Origin: Basidiobolus meristosporus CBS 931.73
Taxonomy: Eukaryota; Fungi; Basidiobolomycota
Assembly: GCA_002104905.1 (NCBI GenBank)
Contig: MCFE01000782.1
Coordinates: forward strand, 1 to 36,558
Length of the DNA stretch: 36,558 nucleotides
Direction of reading: 5' to 3'
The notes below the pieces were generated by a model. That model made no database searches. It was not told the DNA's origin and worked only from the letters and a program-made list of their open reading frames with translations. Position numbers and translations under genes: made by a program. Positions 11,537 through 24,392 of this stretch are shown piece by piece. The stretch's first letter is position 1; each line of letters opens with the position of its first letter.

Positions 11537-14500
11537 TTAAAAATCAACGTTCCCAGATGACGCTATTTGTCATGGGTTGATTTTGCATCAGGGTAGCAGC
11601 GATCCAAAAACGCCTGGGATGGGCAATTTATTATGGACATATCGGATGGTTACTATAAATGTGGACCAATTCCAGCGGAAATGAATGATCTAGCTTGGTC
11701 AACAAAGCAGTACATATTTGTGCGACCGACTCAATTGATTCCATTCCCAAGTCCACAGCAGCCGGGCGAAATTCCAGCGTAGATTAGGATCACATATGCG
11801 TTGTACCTCATATCAATCAACTTTTGTAACAGTTCGCTATATTTTATTTTATTTTGTGTGCCTAGCGGCAGGCTGATTCTTCGCTCAGAATGACCACGAT
11901 CACGAACTGGGTGAACGCAGTATTGTCTAACTGATATGTCCGCCAGACCATCAGTGTTTATTTTCACCTTCTTCGAGTGGGGCGTGATTGGCTGCTGGGG
12001 TCCCGGATGGCCATATTAAATCCGCCATTTCCAGCCAATGGGCGGAGGCCATGGCAGCCATGTCAATCTCCTCAACAGAACCTCAACGCCCAACCCTACA
12101 CCAGCTCGCCATCGGCGTGTGTACGATGCAGGCGTCTTGGGCATTCGCGCACCTACTCACCAACACTCGAGACGATATACCGAGTGGTCAATGCGAAAGC
12201 AGGGAACCGGACGGCCCAGCCTTGCCTAGCCTGGCACGCACGCCAAGAACAAGCAAGACCACTGCGATCTAGGGGACGGGGATGTTTACGCACCATCGAT
12301 CAATGACCTCATCAGAAGTCCAATTCCATATGGTAAACAACGAGCCGGCCATTGAAAGGAAGGAACTCCAAAAGAGTATCCACAAACATTCAGCGACGGG
12401 ATGCTACTATATTGGGCGCATGGACCGGTTTTGTTCGCTCGACAAATGATAGAACGTCTGGAGTCAGGGGAGGGCTGGCAGTGATGGGATGCTGATAAAC
12501 CAAGCTTGGCTCGAAGAATGGCGCAACCGAGTAGAGGACAGCATTCACGAGGAAATCGGCAGCGATCGTGGAATGCGGTGCCAGTGAATGGGGCCTTGGT
12601 CGAGATGACGGTGATTGGTGCAACGGCCAATTTCCTTTCCACCAGGCAAATGAGCAGATCGCTCGTTCGCCTCAATTTGTTTCCGGCGTGCGTCTTGATC
12701 TGTTCGCTCGGGCAGGGCCAAGGAAAATCCCCCCGGCTTACCACATCCATGCCAAGCAGCCCCAAGCCCTTGTTTTCAAGCTACGTCCCCCACGCAGGCT
12801 AAATAAACACCCGGTATCCGAAGATTGCCTTTATTGTTGTTGGCATGTCTGAAGCAATTCGGGATGGAATGGTCAACGGCCGTCTCCATGGTATCTTTGC
12901 TTGATAAGGCATTCCATCTAGCCAAGATGGTGTATTACAATGGCGGCACTATGCAAATCAGGGTTCTTTTGGTGTCCGTTGATGGTCATGGTATCAGCGA
13001 GGTTGGTGCCTCAGATGTCCCCGGTGATTGTCAATCTCGGGCCATCCGATCTGACGAGCCAATGTCAATCTGTCGATGCAGGTCACTTCCCGAAGCTGCC
13101 ACCATTTGGTCAATTTCTCACGAGTTCCAAAAGCAACGTATCCAATATGGCAAGGAGCAGTTGGAGGGGGGGGGGTGTAAGGTGGTGCGAGAATTGATCT
13201 GGCGGAGGCTCCGCATCCATCGCGATTTGATCCAGAAAAGGTTGCGATGGAATCCCGCACTAGTGCCATCGGTTGGCACCAGGGTATGAAAAGAAGATGG
13301 TATGCACGTCGCACCTGCGCCATGCGACGGCAACTCTTTTCTCGCCATGCATTTACGAACAATGTTGGCGGGGTAGATTTGCAGCAATGCAACGTAATTA
13401 AGAAAGGATGTGTACAGTATCTGCAGACAGATGGGGACTGGTCTATGTATGGGAGTAGGATCGTGCTCGCCAGGCTAAATAAATACGATCCATTGACCAC
13501 ATCTTCCGTAATAGTGGCAAGTAGGTGGTCCGGGGTGGTCGTTGTTTCCATTAGGGAGGATATCTTGAATTAACCTCTTCGCGGGTGCTTATTGTTCCCT
13601 GGAGTTTGCTTTAAAAACTGTTCGAGCCAAGCCCCGACTGGTATAGGTAGATATATCTGATCCTTGATAACCACAGCCTGACCACATGGGGTTGCCTGTG
13701 GAGAACCCTATCCAATGCAGCGCCCTCATGCTCATGATCCATCACTGTCTCAGCATTCGAGTCGTCATGAGATGAAATCGCATCGACACTAGTGTAGAGT
13801 CGTGGCTGATCTGTTTCAAGTTCGAAGATATACAACCGCCATCTCCATTCTAAGCACGGATATGCGATAGCCAATCAATGGTGGGTGGCTGCAATAACAG
13901 CCATGCATTGCTGTGTCTGTATCAGCTGACCAGGTCAACAGCCTCCGTGCTGACGAGTCCTGGTCAGTGGACAATTCCCACTATTTGGACATCTAACTCG
14001 ATCGAGTATTCACGGAGATCTCTTAGGGCCTGGGACCGCTCCCGACACTAGGGGCTCATGGGTGCGAGATGAGAAAGTCAGATGGGATTTATTGGGCACA
14101 TGGATCATAGGTTGAAGCCCTTGCTAGATGCGGCTGAGCAGATTGGAGCCAATCGAGTTGATGGCTAACTCTACGTTCAATATGGATCACTGTTGCTCGA
14201 GATTGGATTCCCGCTTGCATTATGAAACACTGGATTAACCAGGTGCAGCAGATGCGTTGGTTTGACAGGTGCCGTACCTATCTCGGTGTGTTCGAGTCTC
14301 TGTCCATGTCAAACAATCGTTAATTCCTGGTTACAGGCCACGTTTCAGCCATTATCTCAAGGTTGCACTATCTTTGTAGAAGCCTGATTACGGCCAACAA
14401 TGCCATGAATGGCTTCTACTTGTCTGGGGCCGGGGGTGCTGATAAGGGCCAATTACTCCACCTTTCCGCTACGAGCAGCGAAGTAGGTACTTGTGAGATT

Positions 14501-14631
14501 GTTCATATTACTATTACTCAAGACACAAAGCATCAGGCCTGCCAGCATGGCTATGGCCGGTGGGCCTGAGTTGTATGCGTATCCATGGACAAGTGGGACG
14601 GGTGCATGAACGCTTCAATGATTGCTAGAGG

Positions 14632-15675
14632 TCAGAGTTGTTTAATGCAGTCAGCGCTCAAGGGGGATGAATGTGAGTGTGAGTATGAGTGTGAGCGTGA
14701 GTGTGAATGTGAGTGTGGTATGTGGGCGATCTCTAAAGTCGACTTCTTGTCACCATACATCACTGTGGAGTCTCTGTGCTCATTGAAGACAAAGACAGAT
14801 TTGCGCTGGATTTTTTTCCTGCGCCATGTAGACTGTAATGCTGGGTCAAACAGGAACACTATCGAGTTGAATACCCCCTGAGAGCTCAGCAACCCCAATC
14901 CGACGATTCGCATGAAATAGGGAAACTCTCGACCGGTGTACTGCGTCGTCATGTATGCGATCTTTAGTCCGTGGGTCAGGATTGGGACCATCGGGTACAG
15001 CACGATGCGGCGCACGGCTAGGTTTATCAAGTGCTTGGCATTCTGCGTCTGGGAGTCATATATGTCCACGGGGCCGAGGATTCTGCGGCTTTGTCGGGCG
15101 AGCTTGATGATAGTACAGAGTGATATAATCAGCAAGTAGGATGTAGTCAGCACTATCCATATGTGCTGCGAAAGCCACTCCCACAGCAGAGTGGACTGGG
15201 AGTTCATTTCGATAAACCAGCAATTCTGCGGATGCACAGGGTCGAAGCCCAATTTTTTCGCTATTGTGGGTGCGGTGGCGATCAGCGTGGCTGCCAGAAA
15301 GGACCCACTAATGAAGTATCTCTCGAAGTGCCGAATGTTCTTGCATCCGTGCAGGAAGACAATCTGAAGGTTGAACGCAATGATCACATTAAGGAAGATG
15401 AAGCTAAGATCGGTCCACAATGTGCCCCAAGCAAGAAACACGCAGAAGTTGCCGTTCTTCCCTTGCGTGTAGGCAAGTATGGAGAAGAGTGCGAACAAAA
15501 TATCTACCCATGCTATCACAAAGGTGATTCGGAACGAGACGCGGTCCGCTTGATCTCGTTTGTGGGCGTACAAATAGGCTATCCCTGCAATGGTGGCGAA
15601 GGAGCACAGGATAGACAGGCTATTTAGAACTATGGACATGTGCTGAAGAAAACTCTCCTTCTCACTCGGTGTCAT
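14632..15675 (-). CDS. 7TM G-protein-coupled receptor, cAMP-receptor/Git3-like, single exon, 347 aa
   Basis: Seven hydrophobic segments, DRVSFRI after TM1, extracellular cysteines (FCVF, NCWF), RRIVLYP in TM6 and SQGVFNSIVF in TM7. Confidence 0.88.
   Translation of the reverse strand: MTPSEKESFLQHMSIVLNSLSILCSFATIAGIAYLYAHKRDQADRVSFRITFVIAWVDILFALFSILAYTQGKNGNFCVFLAWGTLWTDLSFIFLNVIIAFNLQIVFLHGCKNIRHFERYFISGSFLAATLIATAPTIAKKLGFDPVHPQNCWFIEMNSQSTLLWEWLSQHIWIVLTTSYLLIISLCTIIKLARQSRRILGPVDIYDSQTQNAKHLINLAVRRIVLYPMVPILTHGLKIAYMTTQYTGREFPYFMRIVGLGLLSSQGVFNSIVFLFDPALQSTWRRKKIQRKSVFVFNEHRDSTVMYGDKKSTLEIAHIPHSHSHSRSHSYSHSHSSPLSADCIKQL
14668..14718. repeat. Imperfect hexamer microsatellite (TGAGTG)n encoding the GPCR (His-Ser)n tail
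   Basis: tgaatgtgagtgtgagtatgagtgtgagcgtgagtgtgaatgtgagtgtgg; reads HSHSHSRSHSYSHSHS on the minus strand. Confidence 0.85.
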
Positions 15676-18600
15676 GCTTTATTCGACAAGAACACAAGGT
15701 CCGCGGCGGAATTCATAAAATTTGCTGTTGCCTCGACTATGGCCGCCTTAAATATCCTCGCTGGTGCACTGTTTCGGATGTCTGTCGCATCGCCCAATCT
15801 CCCATGATTTCTGTTGAATCTAACCTCAACCGATATCACCACGATCGACCCTCGTCTCGAATGCTAAACGCAAAGAGACAATTCTCGCGCAGACCTGTCG
15901 ATGCTACCCATGTAAACAGTCAGCTGCATAAAATCCGCAGGAACTGGGATTTGGTGTTGAGCGACGCGGCCAATGACGAACCCTAACATTGCGGCCTCGG
16001 GGGATTGAAGATTCATGCACCACAAGAGAACAATCATCCAGCATTGGGGGTGCAGTTCATGTCACATTATTGATTTGGCATCATCGTCTACTAGTTATAT
16101 CATAGCACCAAGAATGCTTATGCCTATTGCTATTGATACAAAAGCCACCAACCATTCTTCATCAAATTGGTCATCTGTATATACTGAGCTGTACAGAGGT
16201 GATGGGATGCTGGGAGGAGACCAGCAACCCACCACAATGCTAGGTGGCATCCATCAGTCTGATGATACCTACATCATCACATATGGACACACTTGCCAGC
16301 ACTGGCATGGATGTTGGCTCAGTGCAGCTGACCTGGCCCATCATGAGAAATCAGGCATCCCACTGAGAGCAAGTGATCTTGGATCTGTGCTGGAATCAAG
16401 GCCTCAGCTCAAGAACTGGATCTCCCTGGGATGTGAGCTGAATGGGTATTGGGGACGGTGACAGCAGTCCTCGATGGAGAGTGGGGCGGGGCGGGGCGGG
16501 GGCTGAGCGTCAAGAGGAATCTCAAGCCGATTGAGGAATCCACCTTCATCTCGATCATGGCCGCACCCAACCTGACGACACGGTCAAATATAGGTGACTG
16601 AGATGGGTGGCAGTAGGGCTGCTTGATTATCTATGTAAGACCAGAAGGCCGCTGTCCGCATTTCTGTGTGGAAACATGTATCTGCTTCCAATTCGACCAA
16701 AATGGCAAGCCACTTATCAGCTGATCAGCTTCTTCATTAATCGCCAGGATCGGATGTTGGTTTATCCCCAACCAAAGCTAATCTATGCCAGATTTCGATT
16801 GTGCTGGATCATTTGGTAATGTACTGAGGAAGAGTTATGTCATCATCGATCTTAGTTGAACGCAATCGTCCATTTCTGGCGATGCATATGGCAGCGTGTA
16901 GAGCATAAGGTGAGAGGCTGCATGCTACCGAAGCTGGCCAGCATGCTTGATATGCATCGCCTAGAAACAGGATTGCTACTCCAACCTGTTGGGTGGCTTA
17001 TGGTTTGAGGAAATTCGAGGGCCGAGTGTTCCACATCTATTGATCCCCCGAAGCCAACCTACCCACGAATCTTAGATACCCACAGTCCTTTCCTGATGGA
17101 GCGGACCTACCAGTCGGGGATGTGCTGGAGCTCTTGTGTAATTCAGTGTGGGTAAGCGCATGGATCTGTGGCCACCCAAGGTGCTGATTTCACACGATGG
17201 AACTGATGCATACCGGCGACGTTTTAAACGTTACTCACCAATTGATTATCGGATTCGAACCTTTCTTCAAACTGGTTTGCGACCTGCAATATTCTGCTAG
17301 AATTGTATTTCGGCTCTATGCCCTCGACTTTCTATATATGGCGTAATTGGAATGGTGAAACGATAGGAGTGAGAAGGCGATCATTGTTCAGGCTCAGTTT
17401 AGGGTTGTGCTTGAGCTTGACGGGAACAATGGCCTTTCAAAGGCAGCCGGCACTCCCTAAAAGGTCATTTGAAATGAACTCGGTCGAAAGATGGACAAAC
17501 GTGTGGGATATCCAGGTTAGATTGGTCTATGAGGGTGCACCTCTCATGCTCCAGGGCCCAACCGGGGGCTCCTGATGGAGCATGGGGAGCGCTGATGGTA
17601 GGTTGTTGCTTCCCCATTCGCAAACGCATAGATCAGGCCTGATAACCTGTCGAACAGGCCAGATGTGCGTTGAGCAAATAAAGGATCAGCTGGACTCGCT
17701 TCGACCAATGACCGGCGCCTATGAGCCACTATCCTGATCCTTCGGTGTGGAGTAGCATCATCTCAATCGCCTCTCGCATTGAGGGGCAGTAAGGTGAGGA
17801 TACAGCACCACGAGAATGCCGGACGAAATCTGCAGCGCCAGATAACGGGTGTTTATCTAGTCGAGCGAATTACCGGCCGCTGGCTATTCAGATGGAGAGC
17901 TCGCTCCTGTCATTGGCAATCATTGCTTTGAATATCAGCACGAGCGCTAGCCAATGGCGCCTCTCTCTCCGCCAATCTGACAGTCTGACTTGCCCAGATT
18001 GTTGGACTGAATATTCCCTCTCTGGTGCTGTGCTCCCATAACTAATGAAACCTACAGTCAATTAACAATGTGCTCACAAGACTGGCATTCTCAATTGATC
18101 GGAGGATTAAACACAACCAAGAGCCTTTTAGATGCTCTGGCTAGCGGATCCTTCCCAGCCAATAGCCGTGCAGCTGGGTGCCCACCACCGTCAGGTGACT
18201 GATGCTCAGCTTGTTGCTTAGGAGCTCGCTGCGCCATGAGGTGTAGGCGGGTCAAGCATGCGGGCAGCGAGAAGCCCAGTGGTGAAGGGACACTCGGGAG
18301 AAGGCTCTGGCTCGTTCTGAAGCTCAGTGGTGCTGTTGCGTAATCCCCCAGCTCTCCAAGATTGGTGGGTCAAATCTTCTCACAATGGGCTAGCCCAGCT
18401 GCTTCGAGTGACGCTGACTTAATGGAGATGTACCAGTGACCTGTGACCTGTATTAAACTTTGGCGTCAGTTTGTTATGCTAGCAAGCTGCCCTAACCCTC
18501 AGTACAGCCCACCAACTTGCGTAGCCAGTGGGTCGCTAACTTGATGAATCCATTAATAATTACGAAATGATCCAAGGATTAATATGGAGGGGAAATCACC

Positions 18601-19063
18601 CAAGATTAGGGGGAAGGTGCTTCTATTGGATAATTTACGGCCAATAGGGACGGGCCCTCGCTAGGATAGTAATGAGCCTACACTGTTTCAGCTCCGAGAT
18701 CCTTAATCTATTCTGTCCAGAATTCGGTACAGGTGATAAGCTACCATAATACTATTCGGTGACTGTCAGATCTAGTGTGCCAAATCACTCTTGGCAACTT
18801 TGCCATGTTAATACGAAACAGGCGACGGATTGGTCGTTTCAACAGAGTCGCTGAGGTGCTTCTCTGTTTCCTTTCATATCATTCCGGAAAATCCATCCAA
18901 TACCCAAATTCCCGCCAATCACGAGATACAGGTGCACCCCATTTTACAATGATCCTTTCTATTGAGTACACCAGATCATTCTGTATTCAGATTCTGGTGC
19001 GGATTGATCCGCAAAATTTCGGTCCATTGATGAAATGGGGCAAGAATGAGAATGTTGCATAAA

Positions 19064-19073
19064 TATATAAATA
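19064..19073 (+). promoter_or_regulatory. Candidate TATA box upstream of the KCS1-like gene
   Basis: TATATAAATA followed by a long pyrimidine-rich leader, ~380 nt before the ATG. Confidence 0.3.
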
Positions 19074-19377
19074 CGATCCATCAGCCCTCAGGGACATCTG
19101 TTTTATCAGTGAAGTTGATACTCTTCTCATTCAGTTTTTCCGACTTTCATATTTCAAAGAACCAGACCTTCCTCCACCTCGCTTTTTGCACGTACGGACT
19201 TCGATCACATTCCACCACTGCTCGTGACTCTAGTCTTCTTATTACCTAATCCCCTTGCATTTTTTCCCGCATTTTGTTACCAATCTCCCTACACTCGCTC
19301 CCTAATACCTCTTTGTACCTAAAAACCTCGCTTCCTTCTCGCTTATATATACTTATCCTTCAAAAATTGATATCCTC

Positions 19378-19440
19378 GTAAGAGTTGGCCACATTCTCTG
19401 TTCATTTGGTACCCTTGTCTTACTTACCAATCTTCTGCAG
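19378..19440 (+). other. Probable 5'-UTR intron of the KCS1-like gene
   Basis: GTAAGA...pyrimidine tract...CTGCAG, 63 nt (same size class as the coding introns), ending 5 nt before the ATG; the upstream exon has an in-frame TGA, so it is non-coding. Confidence 0.55.
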
Positions 19441-19445
19441 AATCG

Positions 19446-21197
19446 ATGAGTTCGCTAGAAATCCCTCAATTAATCTCCTCCAAATCCTCCAAACTGAGCC
19501 ACAAAATATACGACCACCCCATCGAAGTATTGCATAGCCTTTCCGCGCCTGAAGCCCACAACCTAGATGGCGATTCTCTACACTTTGGCGCCAATTCCAA
19601 AGTCATGAGCAAACACGGTAGGTCGGCCATTATCACCACCAACCCGACTGGTCTGTGTACCGACAATCTTTGGCGAACCCAGACCATCGACACACATTCA
19701 AGCGACCTTCCCCTCAAAACTCTGGAGGCCACACCATACGAAGAGAGCCCGGAACTTTCGGACGATATCATGTATTCCAGCTCGATTCCGCTCATCCCAT
19801 ACCGCAACCAAGTGGGCGGTCACACTCCTCTGCTACGGTTCTCGCGCAAAGCACTCTGTAAGCCGTTGAACGTGCACGAGAAGAACTTCTACGAGCATAT
19901 CGAGGCTAACCACCCTGAGCTGCTCCCATTCACTGCCAAGTATATTGGTGTCATCAACATCAACTTCAAGACCGAACGTTCAGGTGAGCTTACTCCGGAG
20001 TTCATATTCACCAAGAACCGCCACATCCTGCCTGATTGGCTCGTCAAGAAGTTGTCGTTTTGTAGCCCTGGCGACGCGCTCCTAAGCAAATCCTGCCCTG
20101 GTCTATCGAAAGCAAACAACGAACTGAAGGAGCAGATTGTGAAAGAGCTCTTATCCCCCATCTCCAAAGAATCCGACCAAGGTTCATCCGATTCGGAGAG
20201 GAGAGGCGAGGCCGGAAAATACGTGATGCAAAGGCGAAAATCCACTCCACAGGTGAGGCCTACCTTAGGGAGAAAGGTCAGTCGAGACAGCACAGCCACG
20301 TCAATCCCGGTGCCCGATACCCCACTCACTCGAAGCCACTCCCACAAAGAGAAGTTTACCAACCCGTGGTCCGTGCAATGCTACAAGAGGTTTCGCGCCA
20401 ACAGCGCCTCCTCGGAAGACATCAAAGAATGGATGCTGCTGGAGGACCTGGTGGACGGCATCAAGTCTCCATGTATCCTCGATTTAAAGATGGGTACCCG
20501 CCAGTACGGGGTAAACGCCACCCAGAAGAAATACGACTCCCAGACGCTCAAATGCGCCAAGAGCACTAGCAAGTCGCTCGGTGTGCGCATGTGTGGCATG
20601 CAGGTGAGTGGTTGGTCCTCGGTCATTGTCCACTTCAGTCTATCTAATCCAAACTCCATGTAGGTATCTCGGCCGAAAGTCAACGAGGTCTATTATCAAA
20701 ACAAGTACCACGGCAGGAAATTGAACGAAGCCGGCTTCAAATCTGCCCTGGAAGCGTATCTGTTTGATGGAGAGCGGGTGGACACGAGACATATTCCCAC
20801 CATTATCCGGAAGCTCCAGTCGCTTTCTAAGGCGGTGAAAAACACGGACTGCTATCGATTCTACGCCAGCAGCCTGCTCTTTGTCTACGACTCGGCGGAG
20901 TCGGGCGAAGACAAAGAGATCAGCATCAAGATGATCGACTTCGCGAACTCGGTGACCAACGCCCAAACTTTACGGAAGGATAAATCAGTCCCCTACCCAC
21001 CCACGAAGCCCGGCCCTGATGGCGGGTACCTGCACGGCTTACGAACCCTCATCTACTCGTTCCAAGAAATATGGCAACAGCACGCATCTGCGGAGGATCG
21101 AGAGCGACATGGGGACAGCTTGTTGTCGAGCGAGTCCGACAACGAATGCGATATCAGCGATGCCATCTACTCGTGGAAGGTGAACCCGGCGGAGTGA
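19446..21197 (+). CDS. KCS1: Inositol hexakisphosphate kinase (IP6K), 2 exons, ~563 aa
   Basis: Exons 19446-20603 and 20664-21197 (60-nt intron, CTAAT branch point). Motifs NQVGGH, PCILDLKMGTRQYG (PxxxDxKxG, IP6K-type), FYASSLL, KMIDFA and DGGYLHGL. Confidence 0.92.
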
Positions 21198-21870
21198 TGA
21201 GGCCAGGGTTAGGGAGCGAATGAACCGAACACCCCGAATCCCCCCATATTTATTACCATTAATCCTTCCCATTCCATCAAGAAAGCATGTACAAACGAAA
21301 CCACATGTATTTTACTTTACCATATGCATAGACCAGTGAATTAATATCTGTGTTCAATATCCACTCGTGCTTGTCTGAAGTTTTGACCATCGCTTTCGAT
21401 GCCCCGTTCTTCTGCCTTTCTCCCACTCGCTCGATCGATCCCCTGGAAGCGCGGCTGCTGTCCCAGGATCCCGAGGATTGCCCAGCCGACTCCCCCACCC
21501 GTATGTATATTTCCGTAACCCAAACACTTTCATGTGGTTCCGACTCGAATCGTTTCTGTGGAGGGGCCATTGTCACTTGCTCTAACCGAAATAAACCCAA
21601 CTATTGCTCAATGACCATGGGTCGCGTGACCGGGTGGGGAGGCGGTCGCCTCGAATCCCACTGCAGGTGTACGTAATGATTACTCATCCGAAACCGATGG
21701 ATCCCTAGCGAGGTGGCGAGTCGATCCGGAATGTTGCTAGGGGGAGGGGTGGATCCCATCGGGGCGGCGGGCGAAACGAGTCGTGAGAAACGGAGCCATA
21801 GCAGATGGCATCATATCTACCGAAGATACAATACAGTGTTCACATCTAAGGCCATCTCCAAATCCCAACC

Positions 21871-21997
21871 CCCCTGGCCCTGGCCCTGACCCCGACCCCG
21901 ACCCCAGCCAATCCTAAAGGAAAATTTAATTGGAACCGTCGCTGTCGCCATCGCCATTGCCATCGCCATCGCCATCACCATCACCATCACCGTTACC
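21871..21997. repeat. Two adjacent imperfect hexamer microsatellites: (CCCTGG/CCCCGA)n and (CCATCG/CCATCA)n
   Basis: Directly visible at 21871-21905 and 21945-21997. Confidence 0.8.
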
Positions 21998-22842
21998 AGA
22001 GCATCGATCAAGCAGATGGGATGGGCATCTGGATTCTCTTGGGAAATTCCCGAATCCAACTTACAGTTTCCATTTCCTAAACTCGACTACCCTCGCCATC
22101 TAGGGCAACCATCACCGGATCGTGCATCGGTTCGAGCTTAATACGGAAGTAATCTTCTGGTCGCCATGCACGCTTCGCCAGGTGTGCTGATGGGCTGCCA
22201 TTTCGTCACCCCTCTCGTCCCTGTGTGGACTGTCCCCATCCCCAATCCAGCCCATCCCAATTCCCCCGTAGGATCATTTGGCATCGGTCGACCAATGGGG
22301 TCCAGCGTAGTCGAAGAGATTTGTCCACCGTCGGAGGTGGTGGGGGTGGGTGTGATTTGTCATTCCATTTCCATATGAGGTCATACCTCGCTGAAGCAGA
22401 CATGGGAGTACGGGTGTAGGTGGATTGCGTTACTTGCGACCGCCGAGAGACCAGCGCCTCAGCAGATCCATCTCTCCAAGGGGGATCTCACCAACTGCGA
22501 GGTGGGATTTCCTAAGCCGGGGGGGGGAGGCACGCGTGATCCCCCCGCCTACCAAACTGGTGGTCGGCTGAGCCATGTGCCAACTCGTCGCCCACCTCCT
22601 GGCGTCGACTCCGTTCAAACAACCCCTCCCCCCTCGACCCATGTCTATGGATACGACGTGGATACGAGACTGGCCTCAGCTTCGCGTAACATCCCCCAAC
22701 ACTCCGTACTCGCCAGGCCCTTCGTCCGATCCAAGCTCCAGCCCGCCCACTCATCGATCCGGGTGGTTTTGCTGTCGGGGTTGCTAGGGTGATGTCTCGC
22801 TCTGGCCGCCCACACCTGTAAAGAGATAGGTGAAGTACGAGT

Positions 22843-22880
<38 letters not shown>
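22843..22880. repeat. Compound (TG)n / (TATGTG)n microsatellite
   Basis: tgtgtgtgtgtgtgtgtatgtgtatgtgtatgtgtatg. Confidence 0.9.
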
Positions 22881-23536
22881 GGGGCTAGGATTTGGACATC
22901 TCCGGAATCTCAGCAAGGTTGGGGGTTTGGGGAGAGGTCTTCCAGTGATGCTGCATGTCTCAAGGACTTCTGTGTTGTCGCGGATCCAAAGAATTGGCTA
23001 ATATCTTACCAACCATATTCCGAGTCAGTAACTCATAACCTGACTGCTAGCCGAGTGCATGGCCGCCTAGAACCTTCCCCCCACACTTCTATCAACTGGT
23101 TTACAAGTTCTCTCAATAGTATCCACCATTCAGTGAATCTCATCAAACAAGCTGGTGAATATCAGGCAGGTCACCAAGTGACTTCCGATTCTCTTCGATA
23201 TCCTCCGATGGGCTCTAGGCCCCCCAGCTTGCTAATTAAATGTTTATCTTCCTTGAAAGATTTGGTCTCTTCCGGTATTCCCACCATCCCTGGCAAATAG
23301 GGGATATCCCACAAAACTAATCCTAACATGCTCTAAGCTTATGTTGGGAGTGGTGCTAGGAACCTGGAAGTGATTTGGAGATGGAGCTATTTGTAATATA
23401 TCACTTGCTGCTTTGGTGGGTTGCTATCCATTTATTGTATGCTTTCATGTGCACTTGGTCAAGGCAGTGTCAAAAAGACCTTGAGAAAGGCACTCTGAAG
23501 TTGGTTGGAATCTTTGACTTGACATGCCCTATTCTT

Positions 23537-24392
23537 TGTTGTGAAAGTCTTGGAGATACTGGTATTGTTTGGGAGAACAAGTAGATTATGTGGTTTTCAA
23601 TTGATGATTTATTGGATGTAAAAGTAGTATTTATACTTCTACATAATCTTGGCAAAACAAACATGTGGAATATGCTTAGGCAGGCCCCAAAAACATGTGT
23701 GTAAAGTTTGGGGCTGTTTGGACAACTTTGGGGATTCTTGTTTTCTGGGTACCTGATGTTTTGGTGAAAATATTCCAAGTAAATCCCAACAAGGAATTTG
23801 GTTGGTATTCTCTAGGATTTGTAGGTAATGATCTAAGTGACTAAGTTAGGTGAGTATTTAGGTAGAATTTCAAATTTTTACAACACTTCCACTCAACTAA
23901 ATGTTCATACAGACTTGTCCTAATTATGACCTGAGATATTCAAACTTGTCTCTGGCTAATGGTTTGGTAAATATGTCTGCAATTGTTTCATCTGTAGGAC
24001 AGTAAGCTAAGTTAACTAAGCTGTCCTCTATAGCTTCACATATGAAATGATGTCTAATATCTGTGTGCTTAGTTCTTGCATGAAAAGTTGGATTTCTACC
24101 CAATGTTGTACCTTGTTAATTAGCTTAAAATAAGGTAATAGGCCTTTTTTGACATAATCCTAAATCTGTAAAAAGCTTTCTTAGCCACATTGCTTCTTTT
24201 GTAGCTTCACAGGCTGCAATACATACTGCCTCTGTGGTGGAAAGTGCTAAGGTTGGTTGCTTTCTTGAATTTCATGAAATTGCTCCTTGACAGTAAAGAA
24301 AGGTGCATCCTATGGTGGATCATCTGTCTTCTAGGTTTTGTCCCAAATCAGCATCAGAGTATCCTACAAGATCCTGCTCTGAATGCTTAAAG
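23537..24392 (-). mobile_element. Copia copy D: 3' LTR (23537-23885, 349 bp), PPT and degenerate RNase H fragment
   Basis: Reverse complement aligns to copy A's RNase H end, PPT and LTR; TG...CA termini; internal stops. Confidence 0.9.

Noticed and set aside
12825-13551. Kinase-like words HPFLITLHCC (minus-strand 185-aa ORF) and IHRDL (plus-strand 154-aa ORF)
   Set aside because: They lie on opposite strands, and no other kinase subdomains (GxGxxG, DFG, APE) are present; treated as coincidence.
17251-17261. GGTTCGAATCC tRNA T-loop motif on the minus strand (similar partial motifs near 13620, 14290, 22127)
   Set aside because: Flanks do not form a T-stem, acceptor stem or cloverleaf.
23032-23042. 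CA+GGTTATGAG PBS-like motif on the minus strand
   Set aside because: Only 9 nt match, no gag follows and no LTR boundary is definable.
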